NCBI GenBank assembly: GCA_018383195.1
Contig: JAGZOP010000001.1
Location: 131,153-195,152, forward strand
DNA length: 64,000 bases
Source: Clostridiaceae bacterium
GTDB lineage: Bacteria; Bacillota; Clostridia; Oscillospirales; Butyricicoccaceae
Direction of reading: 5' to 3'
Part shown: piece by piece, positions 18,911 to 29,116 of the stretch
Position numbering within the stretch: position 1 is the first letter of the stretch
Layout: each line of letters starts with the position of its first letter
Translations under genes and position numbers: made by a program
Notes under the pieces: model-generated
What the model saw: only the letters and a program-made list of their open reading frames with translations
What the model was told of the DNA's origin: nothing
Databases searched by the model: none

Positions 18911-19725
18911 GCCTGCTCTCCTCCTGTCCGACGGCGCACCGCTTCATACAGAAGCACCGCCGCTGCATTCGACGCATTCAGGGAATTGACTTTGCCGCGC
19001 ATCGGAATGCTCACAATAAAATCACATTTTTCCCGCACCAGACGGCTGATGCCGCTGCCTTCCGAACCGATGACGAGCGCGGTCGCGCCTGCAAAATCGG
19101 CTTTGTAAAGATCCACCGTGCCATCGGCTTCTGCGCCGTAGACCCATACGCCGCGCGCCTTGAGTTCATCAAGCGCCGCAGCGAGATTGGTCGCCTTGTG
19201 CACCGGGATATGTTCCATCGCGCCCGCAGACGCCCGCGCAACTACCGCAGTCAGACCGACTGCGCGGCGCTTCGGAATAATCACGCCATGCGCGCCCGCC
19301 GCCTCTGCCGAGCGAAGGATTGCACCCAGATTATGCGGGTCCTCAATGCCGTCGCACACGACGAAGAGCGGTGCTTCGCCCTTTGCCTCAGCTGCGGCGA
19401 ACAGCTCGTCCATGCTCGCATATTCATGCGCCGCCGCCTGCGCGATGACGCCCTGATGGTTTCCGGTACGGCTCATACCGTCCAGCTTGCGGCGGTCGCA
19501 CTGGGTCACCGGTACGCCCGCTTCTTTTGCCAGCGCAATCACATCGCCCATGCGCCCGTGCGCGCCTTCCGCAACGAACAGCTTGTCTACCGCCCGTCCG
19601 GAACGCAGCAGTTCAGAAACCGCATTGCGTCCTTCGACCAGCGTGGTTTCGTCGCTTTCCTCTGCCGGCATCCGGCGGCGCGGCTTTTTTTCTCTATCGC
19701 TCATAACTTCAACTCCGTATTCCAA
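18907..19725 (-). CDS. rlmB: 23S rRNA (Gm2251) 2'-O-methyltransferase RlmB-like, TrmH family
   Basis: 272 aa. It has an N-terminal L30e-like domain and a SpoU methylase domain (VCDGIEDPHNLGAILRSAEAAGA ... IGSEGSGIS ... SLNASNAAAV). Confidence 0.85.
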   Translation of the reverse strand: MEYGVEVMSDREKKPRRRMPAEESDETTLVEGRNAVSELLRSGRAVDKLFVAEGAHGRMGDVIALAKEAGVPVTQCDRRKLDGMSRTGNHQGVIAQAAAHEYASMDELFAAAEAKGEAPLFVVCDGIEDPHNLGAILRSAEAAGAHGVIIPKRRAVGLTAVVARASAGAMEHIPVHKATNLAAALDELKARGVWVYGAEADGTVDLYKADFAGATALVIGSEGSGISRLVREKCDFIVSIPMRGKVNSLNASNAAAVLLYEAVRRRTGGEQA

Positions 19726-19884
19726 TCAATATACCGATACAGAATATATTATATCATAACCTTCCCTGCGCATTCAATGCAGCGGAGTAAAAAAATCACA
19801 TCTTGTCGGGAAATATCCGCATATGCAAAGCCGCGTCCGGTGCATTTTGTGCACCGGACGCGGCTCAAAACCGGCAGCGCCGGA

Positions 19885-21093
19885 TCAGTCATTGAAGAAC
19901 TTGTTGTGAATTGCCCGAACTGCCTTGTCGGAATCCTCTTCGTTAATCAGCACCGAAATCTTGATCTCCGAAGTCGAAATCATGCGGATATTGATGCCTG
20001 CGGAAGCGAGCGCCTCAAACATCTTGGCTGCAACGCCCGAGTTTGACGCCATGCCCGCGCCGACGATGGAAACCTTTGCGACCTCTGCATTGACTGAAAT
20101 ATCCTCAAAACCCAGGTTTTTCTGATTGTCATGCAGCACCTTGACCGCTTCGTCCACGCTGTTCTGCGGGATGGTAAAGGTGATCGACTTGCGATGGTCC
20201 TGACCAACCGACTGCAAAATGATATCTACGTTCACCTTGTGCTTAGCAAGCAGCGAGAATACGCGGAACGCAACGCCCGGCTCGTCGGGCAGGTTGATAA
20301 CAGCAATACGGGCACAGTTATTATCACGGGCTACGCCGCTTACATTCATTTTCTCCATAACGGAATCCTCCTTGACTTTGGTACCCGGATTGCGGGTAAA
20401 GCTGGAGATAACCTCCAGATCAACATTGTATTTCTTCGCCATTTCGACCGAGCGATGATGCAGTACATTTGCGCCCAGACTGGCAAGTTCGAGCATTTCA
20501 TCATAGGTAATCGAATCCAGTTTGCGTGCGTCCGGCACAATCCGCGGGTCCGCTGTATAAACGCCGTCTACATCCGTGTAGATCTGGCAGAGGTCCGCAC
20601 CCAGCGACGCCGCAATCGCAACCGCCGTGGTATCCGAGCCGCCGCGGCCAAGGGTGGTGACGTCATCCTGCTTATTGATCCCCTGAAAACCTGCGACGAT
20701 GACAATGCGGTTGCGATCCAGTTCGGAGCGGATGCGCTCGGCGGTAACCTTGCGGATGCGCGCCTCGGAATAGTTGATGTCGGTTTCGATGCCCGCCTGC
20801 CAACCGGTCAGCGAAATAACCGGATAACCGAGTTTCTGAATCGCCATGGCGAGCAGGGACATGGAAATCATCTCACCGGTGGACAGCAGGACATCCATCT
20901 CGCGCTTGGAAGGACGGCTGTTGATCTGTGCGGCTTTTTCGATGAGGTCGTCGGTTGTGTCGCCCTGTGCGGACACGACAACCACCACCTGATTGCCGTT
21001 TTTATAAGCCGAAGTGACGATATCCGCCACATTGAAAATGCGTTCGGTGTTGGCAACCGAGGTGCCGCCGAACTTCTGAACAATAAGACTCAT
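19885..21093 (-). CDS. lysC: Aspartate kinase
   Basis: It starts MSLIVQKFGGTSV and has a kinase domain plus tandem C-terminal ACT domains. The track ORF carries 15 extra upstream codons. Confidence 0.9.
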   Translation of the reverse strand: MSLIVQKFGGTSVANTERIFNVADIVTSAYKNGNQVVVVVSAQGDTTDDLIEKAAQINSRPSKREMDVLLSTGEMISMSLLAMAIQKLGYPVISLTGWQAGIETDINYSEARIRKVTAERIRSELDRNRIVIVAGFQGINKQDDVTTLGRGGSDTTAVAIAASLGADLCQIYTDVDGVYTADPRIVPDARKLDSITYDEMLELASLGANVLHHRSVEMAKKYNVDLEVISSFTRNPGTKVKEDSVMEKMNVSGVARDNNCARIAVINLPDEPGVAFRVFSLLAKHKVNVDIILQSVGQDHRKSITFTIPQNSVDEAVKVLHDNQKNLGFEDISVNAEVAKVSIVGAGMASNSGVAAKMFEALASAGINIRMISTSEIKISVLINEEDSDKAVRAIHNKFFND

Positions 21094-21163
21094 ATGCTTC
21101 GTTTTCCTCCTTGGATTCCCCTCCGGGGAACCGGGCATTCGCCCTTACAATGAATTCACTGAA

Positions 21164-22054
21164 TTATACCTCGCTGACCACAGCGCCAACCTCGTCGCAC
21201 ACCAGACGAATGGGTTTCCAGTGCGGGAAGTGCTGCTCGCAGTACATCTGCGCGCGGGACAGGTAGGTCTTGTCGTGGGAATTCACGACTGCAATGATGG
21301 ATGGACCCGCGCCCGAGATAAACGCGCCGAGCGCACCCATGGCTTTGGCTGCGTGCATGACCTCGCGCCCGTCTGGGATGAGGTCAAAACGATACGGCTG
21401 ATGCAGGCAGTCGCCCACCGCCACGCCGAGGTTTTCCAGCTTGCCGGTTGTGAGGCTTCCCGCGAGCAGCGCCGCGCGCGCCAGATTAAAGACCGCGTCA
21501 TGGTGGTCGATGGTTTTCGGCAGCGCCGCGCGCGCCTTTTCGGTGGACAGCTCAAAGTCCGGTATGAACGTGATGAAATCGACCTGCCCGTTCATCGGCA
21601 CGCGGACGCTCCACACCTTGCCGTACTCAAGCAGCGCCACGCAGAAACCGCCCAGAATCGCCGGGGTCGAGTTGTCCGGATGCCCCTCGATGGACGCCGC
21701 AAGGTCAATGATATTCTCACGATCGAGCGGGTTGCCGAGCAGCGCATTTGCGCCCAGAATGCCCGCCACCGTGCATGCCGACGACGAGCCAAGCCCCCGC
21801 GTCTGCGGGATGGCGCAGTCCTCGATGATTTTCATGCCCGACAGTTTTTTGCCGCAGATGTCGTACACCTTTTTGGCGCACTGGTAAATGAGGTTGCTCT
21901 CATCGCACGGTACCGGCTCCCCGGAAACCTCCCGGATTTCAATGCGGTCGGATTCTTCCATTTGAATGATATTATATAAGTCGAGCGCGATGCCAATGGA
22001 ATCATATCCAGAACCCATATTGGCGCTCGTCGCAGGAACTTTGACTTGAATCAT
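21164..22054 (-). CDS. thrB: Homoserine kinase
   Basis: It has the GHMP kinase motif PATSANMGSGYDSIG. I took the start at MIQVKV, which is preceded by GGGGGA. Confidence 0.85.
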   Translation of the reverse strand: MIQVKVPATSANMGSGYDSIGIALDLYNIIQMEESDRIEIREVSGEPVPCDESNLIYQCAKKVYDICGKKLSGMKIIEDCAIPQTRGLGSSSACTVAGILGANALLGNPLDRENIIDLAASIEGHPDNSTPAILGGFCVALLEYGKVWSVRVPMNGQVDFITFIPDFELSTEKARAALPKTIDHHDAVFNLARAALLAGSLTTGKLENLGVAVGDCLHQPYRFDLIPDGREVMHAAKAMGALGAFISGAGPSIIAVVNSHDKTYLSRAQMYCEQHFPHWKPIRLVCDEVGAVVSEV

Positions 22055-22123
22055 AGCTTCCCCCAGAATCAAAATAAAACGTGCATATCCGAAAACCTGC
22101 ACCTTCCGATTTTTCTTTTGCCC

Positions 22124-23254
22124 TTAGAGCACACGCATTTTGACTGCGCCGGCAAATTTTTCTTCCGCCTCCGCAGTGGTCATCGCATCGGTAAGCACCG
22201 CATCCTTGCCGTCCTCACGGACATACCAGCGGCTTTTCAGCGTGCCGATCGGGCGGAGCAGATCCTTGGAGCCGTCCCCCCACGAAATCGGGCGGCGCTT
22301 TTCCGCATGCTCGATTGCATCCAGCATATCGGCAACGACAGCCGAAGCGGTCGCAAGCTTGCCCGCGCCCTTGCCGTAGAACATGACGTCGCCGGTCGCG
22401 TTTCCGTCGACCATGATGGCATTGAACACATCTTCGACAGCCGCGAGCGGATGTCTCTTTTCAATCAGATGCGGCGCAACATAGGCGTAAGCCGTACCGT
22501 CCTCACAGCGCAGTGCACGACCGATCAGCTTAATCACATAGCCAAGTTTGTCAGCCTCTTCAACATCCTTCAGCGTGATCTTGGAAATTCCCTCGCAGGA
22601 AACCGCATTCGGGTCAAACTTATCGCCAAACGCCAAGTCAGACAGAATGCAGATCTTACGGCATGCGTCGTGTCCTTCGATGTCTGCGGTCGGGTCCTTT
22701 TCTGCATAGCCGTTTGCCTGTGCCTGCTTCAGTGCATCCTCAAAGGAAACGCCCTTCTGAATCATTTCGGTGAGAATATAGTTGGTTGTACCGTTCAGAA
22801 TCCCGCGGATTTCATTGAACTCATTGGCAGCAAGGCACTGAATCATCGGACGGATAACCGGAATACCGCCGCCGACCGAAGCCTCGAACAGATAGTTGAC
22901 ATTCATTTCTTCGGCAATAGCGAGCAATTCTTCGCCCTTTGTTGCAACCAGTTCCTTGTTGGAGGTGCAAACGCTCTTTCCGGCTTTCAGGCAGCGCTTG
23001 GTGAACTCATACGCCGCACCGACGCCGCCCATTACCTCGGCAACCACGGTGACCTCCGGGTCGTTTTCAATGACCGAAAAATCGGAAACAAATTTATCGC
23101 CATACGGCAGATGTGAAAAATCCCGCAGGTCAAGCACATACTTGACTTCAACCGGCTCACCGACTGTTTTTGCAATTTTTGCCGCATTCATTTCAAATAC
23201 TTCATACACCCCGGAACCGACCGTACCGTGTCCCAGAACTGCTACCTTTGCCAT
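22124..23254 (-). CDS. hom: Homoserine dehydrogenase
   Basis: 376 aa. It has an N-terminal NAD(P)-binding motif VAVLGHGTVGSGV and a homoserine dehydrogenase catalytic domain. Confidence 0.9.
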   Translation of the reverse strand: MAKVAVLGHGTVGSGVYEVFEMNAAKIAKTVGEPVEVKYVLDLRDFSHLPYGDKFVSDFSVIENDPEVTVVAEVMGGVGAAYEFTKRCLKAGKSVCTSNKELVATKGEELLAIAEEMNVNYLFEASVGGGIPVIRPMIQCLAANEFNEIRGILNGTTNYILTEMIQKGVSFEDALKQAQANGYAEKDPTADIEGHDACRKICILSDLAFGDKFDPNAVSCEGISKITLKDVEEADKLGYVIKLIGRALRCEDGTAYAYVAPHLIEKRHPLAAVEDVFNAIMVDGNATGDVMFYGKGAGKLATASAVVADMLDAIEHAEKRRPISWGDGSKDLLRPIGTLKSRWYVREDGKDAVLTDAMTTAEAEEKFAGAVKMRVL

Positions 23255-23276
23255 GATATTTCCTCCAAACTGTTAA

Positions 23277-23720
23277 TTATTCACTGGCCAGAATGACCAC
23301 GCGGAGCACGCCATCGAGCGCCTGCGCGCGTTCGATCAGCGATTCCACCGTACATCTCATCTCGGCAGTACGCGCCGCAATGGTGACCGCCGCCTGCCCG
23401 CCAATCGGGATCGACTGATTGATTGTCAGCACGTTCGCACCCACGCGGGCAAACAGGCCAAGAATGTTCGACAGCACGCCCGGCCGGTCGCTCAGCATGA
23501 GGTGAAAATTGATGGTACGGTTATGCGCCGCTTCATAAAACGGGCGAATGCCGTCTTTATATTTATAATATGCGCTGCGGGATAACCCGACGCTCTGCGC
23601 AGCCTCGCTTGCCGTCTTGACCTTCCCGGCATGAAGTGCGGCGTTTGCCTTTACAACCTTCCGGAAAACCTCGGGCAGAAGCGTGCGCTCAACAAGATAA
23701 TATTTGGTATCTGTATCCAT
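23277..23720 (-). CDS. ACT-domain protein (UPF0735 / PheB-like), first gene of the thr operon
   Basis: 147 aa. It has an N-terminal HTH-like segment and a C-terminal ACT fold (LMLSDRPGVLSNILGLFARVGANV). It lies immediately upstream of hom-thrB-lysC on the same strand. Confidence 0.6.
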   Translation of the reverse strand: MDTDTKYYLVERTLLPEVFRKVVKANAALHAGKVKTASEAAQSVGLSRSAYYKYKDGIRPFYEAAHNRTINFHLMLSDRPGVLSNILGLFARVGANVLTINQSIPIGGQAAVTIAARTAEMRCTVESLIERAQALDGVLRVVILASE

Positions 23721-23964
23721 TTCTCCTGTCCTCCTGACAAGTACAGATGTCTTTCAAGCTTTATTATCGTACCATAGCTTTTCAAACAATGCAAGCATCA
23801 TTTTGCTAAATTCAACGATTTTTCCATATATTCTTTATGCACTTTGCATCTCTCCCCACAATTTACTTTGTTTCTGCATCAATCCGCAATGTATCCGTTT
23901 AAATTATTCAAACTCCCTTTATCTATGGAACTTTTCTCATTTTTTGCAGTTTCGCACTTTATTC

Positions 23965-24139
23965 TTGTGCATTGATTAAAGATGTGATATAATGAACTAA
24001 ATTTATGCGGCTGTGCGCGGGATCCTCCCGGGGGTCTCGCGCATTTTCCATGTTTGGTCTCCTCATGCGCCCAATACGCGGCGCACAGGATTCCGTACCG
24101 GAAGTTTCCGCATTTTCCGAGGGAGGAAAGAGAAAACTT
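23965..24139 (+). promoter_or_regulatory. Promoter plus structured 5' leader of the NSS transporter gene
   Basis: It has a -35-like TTGTGC at 23965-70 and an extended -10 TGATATAAT ending at 23993, with 17-bp spacing. The leader of about 145 nt has an 8-bp GC stem at 24015-24042 whose loop carries UCCUCCC. That sequence is complementary to the GGGAGGA Shine-Dalgarno at about 24120-24127. Confidence 0.5.
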
Positions 24140-25459
24140 ATGAAAAACACCCCACAGAACGGAACCTTTTCCAGCAAGCTTGGCTTTATTCTTGCCGCGG
24201 TCGGTTCCGCCGTCGGCATGGGAAACATTTGGATGTTCCCCTATCGCACCGGTCAGTATGGCGGTGCGGCGTTCCTGATTCCCTACTGCCTGTTTGTTTT
24301 GCTGTTTGGCATCATCGGTCTGTCGGGTGAATTTGCCTTCGGCCGTCTGACTGGCACAGGTCCAATCGGGTCATATGACTATGCAATGCGCTCGCGCGGC
24401 AAAAAAGGCGGCAAAATTCTCGGCGCAATTCCGCTGTTTGGTTCGCTCGGCATTGCCATCGGCTATTCGGTAATTGTCGGCTGGGTTCTGCGCACGCTGT
24501 TCGGCTCTATGGTCGGCACACTGATGGACACCGAACCCGAAGCATTCTTTGCCCAGATGACCGGACCGTTCGGCAGCATCCCGTGGCATCTGGCAGTTGT
24601 TCTCATCACGATTGTGATTCTGATTGGCGGCATCTCGACCGGCATTGAAAAGGTCAATAAGTTCATGATGCCGACCTTTTTCGTTCTGTTTGTTATCATC
24701 GCGGTGCGCGTGGCATTTTTGCCCGGCGCAATGGAGGGTTATCAGTATCTGCTCGTCCCCGACTGGAGTTACCTTGCTAACCCCGATACTTGGATTATGG
24801 CGATGGGACAGGCATTCTTCTCGCTTTCTGTCACCGGTTCGGGTATGATTATCTACGGCTCCTACCTGAGCAAGAAGGAAAACATCCTGCATTCGGCGGG
24901 CGTTACCGCTCTGCTCGATACCTGTGCTGCAATGGTCGCAGGTTTTGCAATTATCCCTGCCGTATTTGCCTTTGGTCTTGACCCGGCTGCCGGTCCTCCG
25001 CTGATGTTCCATATCCTGCCGCGCGTATTCCAGCAGATGCCTGCCGGCCGGCTGTTCGCGGTACTGTTCTTTGTATCGGTCCTTTTTGCAGGCATCACTT
25101 CGCTGGCAAATATGTTTGAGGTATGTTCCGAGGCAGCACAGCGCCATCTCAAGCTTGCACGTCCCTATGCGGTATTGCTTGTCGGTGCAGCGGCATTTGC
25201 CGTAGGCTTGTTCATCGAAGAAGAGCCTAAGCTCGGCGCATGGATGGATGCCATCACAATCTATGTCGTACCGATCGGCGCGGTGCTCGGCGCTGCAATG
25301 ATCTTCTGGGTGCTTGGCACAAAAGCAATCAAAAAAGAGCTGCAGCTCGGTCGTAGAAAATCGATCGGCAAGGCATTCGACTTTTTCGCCAAGTATGTCT
25401 ATGTTCCGCTTGCGGCGGCTGTCGTAATTCTCGGCATCATCAAGGGCGGCATCGGCTAA
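24140..25459 (+). CDS. Sodium-dependent transporter of the NSS/SNF family
   Basis: It has the NSS signature GFILAAVGSAVGMGNIWMFPY and about 11 to 12 TM helices. I chose the start at MKNTPQ because it follows GAGGGAGGAAAG; the track ORF begins 45 codons upstream inside the leader. Confidence 0.85.
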   Translation: MKNTPQNGTFSSKLGFILAAVGSAVGMGNIWMFPYRTGQYGGAAFLIPYCLFVLLFGIIGLSGEFAFGRLTGTGPIGSYDYAMRSRGKKGGKILGAIPLFGSLGIAIGYSVIVGWVLRTLFGSMVGTLMDTEPEAFFAQMTGPFGSIPWHLAVVLITIVILIGGISTGIEKVNKFMMPTFFVLFVIIAVRVAFLPGAMEGYQYLLVPDWSYLANPDTWIMAMGQAFFSLSVTGSGMIIYGSYLSKKENILHSAGVTALLDTCAAMVAGFAIIPAVFAFGLDPAAGPPLMFHILPRVFQQMPAGRLFAVLFFVSVLFAGITSLANMFEVCSEAAQRHLKLARPYAVLLVGAAAFAVGLFIEEEPKLGAWMDAITIYVVPIGAVLGAAMIFWVLGTKAIKKELQLGRRKSIGKAFDFFAKYVYVPLAAAVVILGIIKGGIG

Positions 25460-25671
25460 AATCTTTCAGCACATAAAAAGCGATTCAAAACAATATCGCT
25501 CAGATAACCCAAAAGCCAGCCGTTCGGGAATAAAACGCAGTGTTTTGTTCCTGAATGGCTGGCTTTTTGTGTTCTACAATTTAGCCGGTGCTTGCTTCCA
25601 ATCAAATTGTATGTTACCATTGGCGATAGTGGATTTGAACCATTGAAAGCCAAGGGAGGTAATTAAAAAAA

Positions 25672-26202
25672 ATGATTAAAACCAAAATAGAAATAACTCC
25701 AAAAGAAGAATCTGCATTAAGAGAAATTATGATGGCTAGTCCTGTAAATGCAAGGAAAAGGAAACGTGTTCGGATAATTAGCGCGATCATATCCATTATT
25801 ATGGTCATCTATACCATAATTTCTTTTTCAATTCATGCATATGAAAACTTATTGTTGGGATTTACATTTACTATATTTTTTGCGTGGGCAGCAATCGGTG
25901 GTGTTGTTTTTTGGCAAAATTTTATTTATAAAAAAATGCAAAACAAACTAGACAGTAAATTGAAATCAGGATTTCGAGAATATAACTTTGATGTCGATGG
26001 GGTTACCATATCATCAGAATTCGGTTGTGGCTTAAACAAGTGGGAAGCTTTTAAATGTTGGGGCATATTTAAGGAATATATTTATTTGCGGAAAATCGAC
26101 AATCAAATGATACTTGTGAAAAAAAGTAATTTGTCAAAAGAGGATTATGAAACACTACTGTCACTTTTGAACTCTTATCTTACGCAGGAGAAATTATCTT
26201 AA
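25672..26202 (+). CDS. YcxB-like (bPH_4 domain) membrane protein on an AT-rich islet
   Basis: 176 aa. It has two TM helices and a C-terminal YcxB-like domain (NFDVDGVTISSEFGCGLNKWEAFKCWGIFKEYIYL). Local GC is roughly 30% against about 59% in the surrounding sequence. Confidence 0.5.
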   Translation: MIKTKIEITPKEESALREIMMASPVNARKRKRVRIISAIISIIMVIYTIISFSIHAYENLLLGFTFTIFFAWAAIGGVVFWQNFIYKKMQNKLDSKLKSGFREYNFDVDGVTISSEFGCGLNKWEAFKCWGIFKEYIYLRKIDNQMILVKKSNLSKEDYETLLSLLNSYLTQEKLS

Positions 26203-26298
26203 TGTTAATGCTTTGAAAATGCATCTATACCTTAGTTTCTCAAAGAAATCTGCAATATTTTTTCAACTGCTGTGTGAAACCACAGTCTTTTCTTCGAC

Positions 26299-26340
26299 AA
26301 AAAGTACCCACCCTATTTTGAATGGGATGGGTACTTTTTT
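26299..26340. terminator. Bidirectional rho-independent terminator
   Basis: The sequence AAAAGTACCCACCC-tattttgaat-GGGATGGGTACTTTTTT forms a perfect stem with U-tracts on both strands. It lies between the convergent YcxB-like and XRE genes. Confidence 0.85.
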
Positions 26341-26533
26341 ATTCTTCCAAGAGGAAAAGCTCCTCCACCGTGGTTTTTAGCAGCCGCGCCACGCGCATCG
26401 CAAGCACCAACGAAGGGTCATATTTATCATTTTCCATGGCGACCACCGTCTGGCGGCTCACACCGAGCATCTGCGCCAAATCTTCCTGCCGCAGTCCGCG
26501 CGCACGGCGCAGTTCTCTAATTTTATTCTTCAT
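26339..26533 (-). CDS. XRE-family (Cro/C1-type) HTH transcriptional regulator
   Basis: 64 aa when started at MKNKIRELRRARGLRQEDLAQMLGVSRQTVVAMENDKYDPSL (the track ORF extends upstream into the neighbouring gene). It has the typical small XRE HTH. Confidence 0.7.
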   Translation of the reverse strand: MKNKIRELRRARGLRQEDLAQMLGVSRQTVVAMENDKYDPSLVLAMRVARLLKTTVEELFLLEE

Positions 26534-26538
26534 TCGCC

Positions 26539-26991
26539 TTACACCGCAAGTACAGCGGCAGTAATCAGCATGCCGACCGCTGCTGCACCCAAGCCGAACG
26601 CCAAAGCCCACAGCAGCGTTTTCCAAATTGGGTAGGCGTCATATTCTTCATCCCCGCGCGTTTTGCGCCAGCGCAGCACCAGCGTTGCAATCCCCTGGGT
26701 CAGGATGCCCGCAAGCAGCGCAAGGTTGGAGAGCGGCAGAGATTCCTTTCGCACAAAGACCTCGTAAAAATTGATGCCAAGCAGGGTAAACAGCACAACA
26801 TTGTATGCAATCCCGATTGCCTGATATCCAATCTGGCGCTCCATCTCGTCTGCCTGCCGGACAATGCCAAGCCGGTCAGCAAGGCGGGACGCACGCAGCG
26901 AACCGCTTTTTGCCGTCCAAATCGCAAAGGCAAGTGTGCCAATGAGTACGACAAAAGGCAGTGCCATCAAAATCAGCATTTTTACCTTCAT
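26539..26991 (-). CDS. Small 4-TM membrane protein paired with the XRE regulator
   Basis: 150 aa with four hydrophobic helices and no recognisable motifs. It ends 6 nt before the XRE gene and is co-directional with it. Confidence 0.5.
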   Translation of the reverse strand: MKVKMLILMALPFVVLIGTLAFAIWTAKSGSLRASRLADRLGIVRQADEMERQIGYQAIGIAYNVVLFTLLGINFYEVFVRKESLPLSNLALLAGILTQGIATLVLRWRKTRGDEEYDAYPIWKTLLWALAFGLGAAAVGMLITAAVLAV

Positions 26992-27124
26992 TCCGCATCC
27001 TCCTCATCGCTGAAATGTCAAGTTCTTTTTACATTTCCATCATACCGCTGCCCCGCCAAAATGTCAAGAGTGTTTTACATTCCGGGCATAAAAAAACTCC
27101 ATGGCTTTCCATGGAGTTTTTTAT

Positions 27125-29077
27125 TTAGTTAGACGCCTGTTCCTCAGACGTGTCCTTGGAATCACTCTCCGCAGATGGGGTTTCCATCACCGGCGCTTCA
27201 TCGTCCACACCCGCAGGAACCTGCTTCAGTTCTTCTGCAGTTGCCGCGGTTTCGATCTTATCCGGCACAGTCTCGCCGTTAAAGACCTTAACGAAGGTCT
27301 CGCCGTCCATGGTTTCATTGCGCAGCAGATACTCGGCAACGTCGTGCAGCTGCCGATCTTTTTCGGTCAAAATCTGCACACAGCGGTTGTATGCGTCATC
27401 GATGATGCGGTGCACCTCGGCGTCAATCTCCGCTGCCTTATTTTCCGAATAGCTGTGGGTCGCACCGAAGTCGCGGCCGAGGAATACCTCGCCGTCTCCG
27501 CCGTAGTCGATGGTGCCGATCTTATCGCTCATGCCGTAGTTGACAACCATGGCGCGTGCCATCGCAGTCGCCTGACGGATATCGCCCGACGCACCGGTTG
27601 TAATCTCGTCAAAGATCAGCTTTTCGGCGACACGACCACCGAGTGCAGTCACAATGCTGTCCTCAAAGTAGCTCTTGGTCTCCAGACCGCCTTCTTCCTG
27701 CGGACGCCACATAGTAAAGCCGCCTGCGCCGCCGCGCGGGATGATGGTGATATAGTGAATTGGGTCAAGCGTGCCGAGCGCATGATGCGCCACCGCATGT
27801 CCCGCTTCGTGATATGCCACAATGCGCTTTTTCTTTTCGCTGACCACGCGGCTCTTCTTCTCGGGACCCATCTCAACCTTGAGCAGAGCTTCCTCGATTT
27901 CATAGTTGGTAATCAGCTTTTTGTTGCGGCGCGCCGCAAGCAGCGCTGCCTCATTGAGCAGGTTTTCCAGATCTGCGCCAGTCATGCCGACCGTACCCTT
28001 TGCGATGGAATCAAAATCGACATCGGGATCAAACTGCTTGTTGCGTGCATGGACGCGCAGGATCTGCTCACGTCCCTTGACATCCGGCGCACCGACATAG
28101 ACCTGACGGTCAAAGCGACCCGGACGCAGCAGCGCACGGTCGAGAATATCCGGGCGGTTGGTTGCCGCGATGATGATGACACCCTCGTTTGCACCGAAAC
28201 CGTCCATCTCAACGAGCAGCTGGTTGAGCGTCTGCTCGCGTTCGTCGTGACCGCCGCCGAGGCCTGCGCCGCGCTGACGACCAACCGCGTCAATCTCGTC
28301 GATAAAGACAATCGCAGGCGCGTTCTTCTTTGCCTGCTCAAACAGGTCGCGCACGCGCGATGCGCCCACGCCGACGTACAGCTCTACGAAATCCGAACCC
28401 GAAATCGACAGGAACGGAACACCAGCCTCACCCGCGACTGCCTTGGCGATCAGGGTTTTACCGGTACCCGGAGGTCCGACGAGCAGCACGCCCTTGGGGA
28501 TACGCGCACCCAAATCGACAAACTTCTTCGGATTCTTCAAAAACTCGACAATCTCCTGAAGTTCTGCCTTTTCTTCATCCGCACCTGCAACATCGTTAAA
28601 TGTCACTTTGCGCTTATCGTCCTGCGCAAGCTTGGCACGTGCACGGCCGAACTGCATCGGTCCGCGTCCGCCGCCATCCTGCTTGTTCATCATAAAGTAC
28701 CAGAACAGACCCATCAGTACAATAATGATGAGATACGGCACCAGATTGACCCACCACGGAATCTCACGAGTGGTAAAATCATACTCCTTGAGCGTGCCGT
28801 TTTTCTGCTGTTCCTGAATCACCGGACCAAGCTCGGAACGGAACCAGTCCACACTGGACAGCGTATACTGGAACTTTTCTCCGCTTTTGAGTTCGGCGTG
28901 CAGGACGTTGTCGTCCACCGAGAATTTGGTGACCTCACCATCCTCAAAATATTCGACAACATCGGAATACGTAAGTGCTGGGGTCTTTTGATCCTGACTG
29001 AGCGCCGCAGTCGCTGCCGCGAGCAGCACAAGCAAAATCAAAAGATAAAGGCCAAAGCCTTTCATTTTACCTTTCAA
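27125..29077 (-). CDS. ftsH: ATP-dependent zinc metalloprotease FtsH
   Basis: 650 aa. It has two TM helices, an AAA module ([19 protein letters not shown]), the HEAGHA zinc motif, and an acidic C-terminal tail. Confidence 0.95.
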   Translation of the reverse strand: MKGKMKGFGLYLLILLVLLAAATAALSQDQKTPALTYSDVVEYFEDGEVTKFSVDDNVLHAELKSGEKFQYTLSSVDWFRSELGPVIQEQQKNGTLKEYDFTTREIPWWVNLVPYLIIIVLMGLFWYFMMNKQDGGGRGPMQFGRARAKLAQDDKRKVTFNDVAGADEEKAELQEIVEFLKNPKKFVDLGARIPKGVLLVGPPGTGKTLIAKAVAGEAGVPFLSISGSDFVELYVGVGASRVRDLFEQAKKNAPAIVFIDEIDAVGRQRGAGLGGGHDEREQTLNQLLVEMDGFGANEGVIIIAATNRPDILDRALLRPGRFDRQVYVGAPDVKGREQILRVHARNKQFDPDVDFDSIAKGTVGMTGADLENLLNEAALLAARRNKKLITNYEIEEALLKVEMGPEKKSRVVSEKKKRIVAYHEAGHAVAHHALGTLDPIHYITIIPRGGAGGFTMWRPQEEGGLETKSYFEDSIVTALGGRVAEKLIFDEITTGASGDIRQATAMARAMVVNYGMSDKIGTIDYGGDGEVFLGRDFGATHSYSENKAAEIDAEVHRIIDDAYNRCVQILTEKDRQLHDVAEYLLRNETMDGETFVKVFNGETVPDKIETAATAEELKQVPAGVDDEAPVMETPSAESDSKDTSEEQASN

Positions 29078-29116
29078 TACAGGGACACCTTCCTTTTTCT
29101 CCGCCCCGGTTCCGGC

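Noticed and set aside
23721-23990. T-box or other leader in front of the ACT-hom-thrB-lysC operon
   Set aside because: The distance from the best promoter to the ACT-gene start codon is only about 45 nt. There is no specifier/T-box sequence (AATTAGGGTGGTACCGCG-like) and no terminator/antiterminator pair.
24005-24139. The N-terminal 45 codons of track ORF 24005..25459 (MRLCAGSSRGSRAF...)
   Set aside because: There is no RBS at 24005. The segment contains the predicted leader hairpins. A strong RBS precedes the internal MKNTPQ start, which aligns with NSS transporter N-termini.
25456-25653. A 65-aa minus-strand ORF between the NSS transporter and the YcxB-like gene
   Set aside because: It overlaps the long compound terminator hairpin (25523-25580) of the NSS gene and has no RBS. 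It is likely non-coding.
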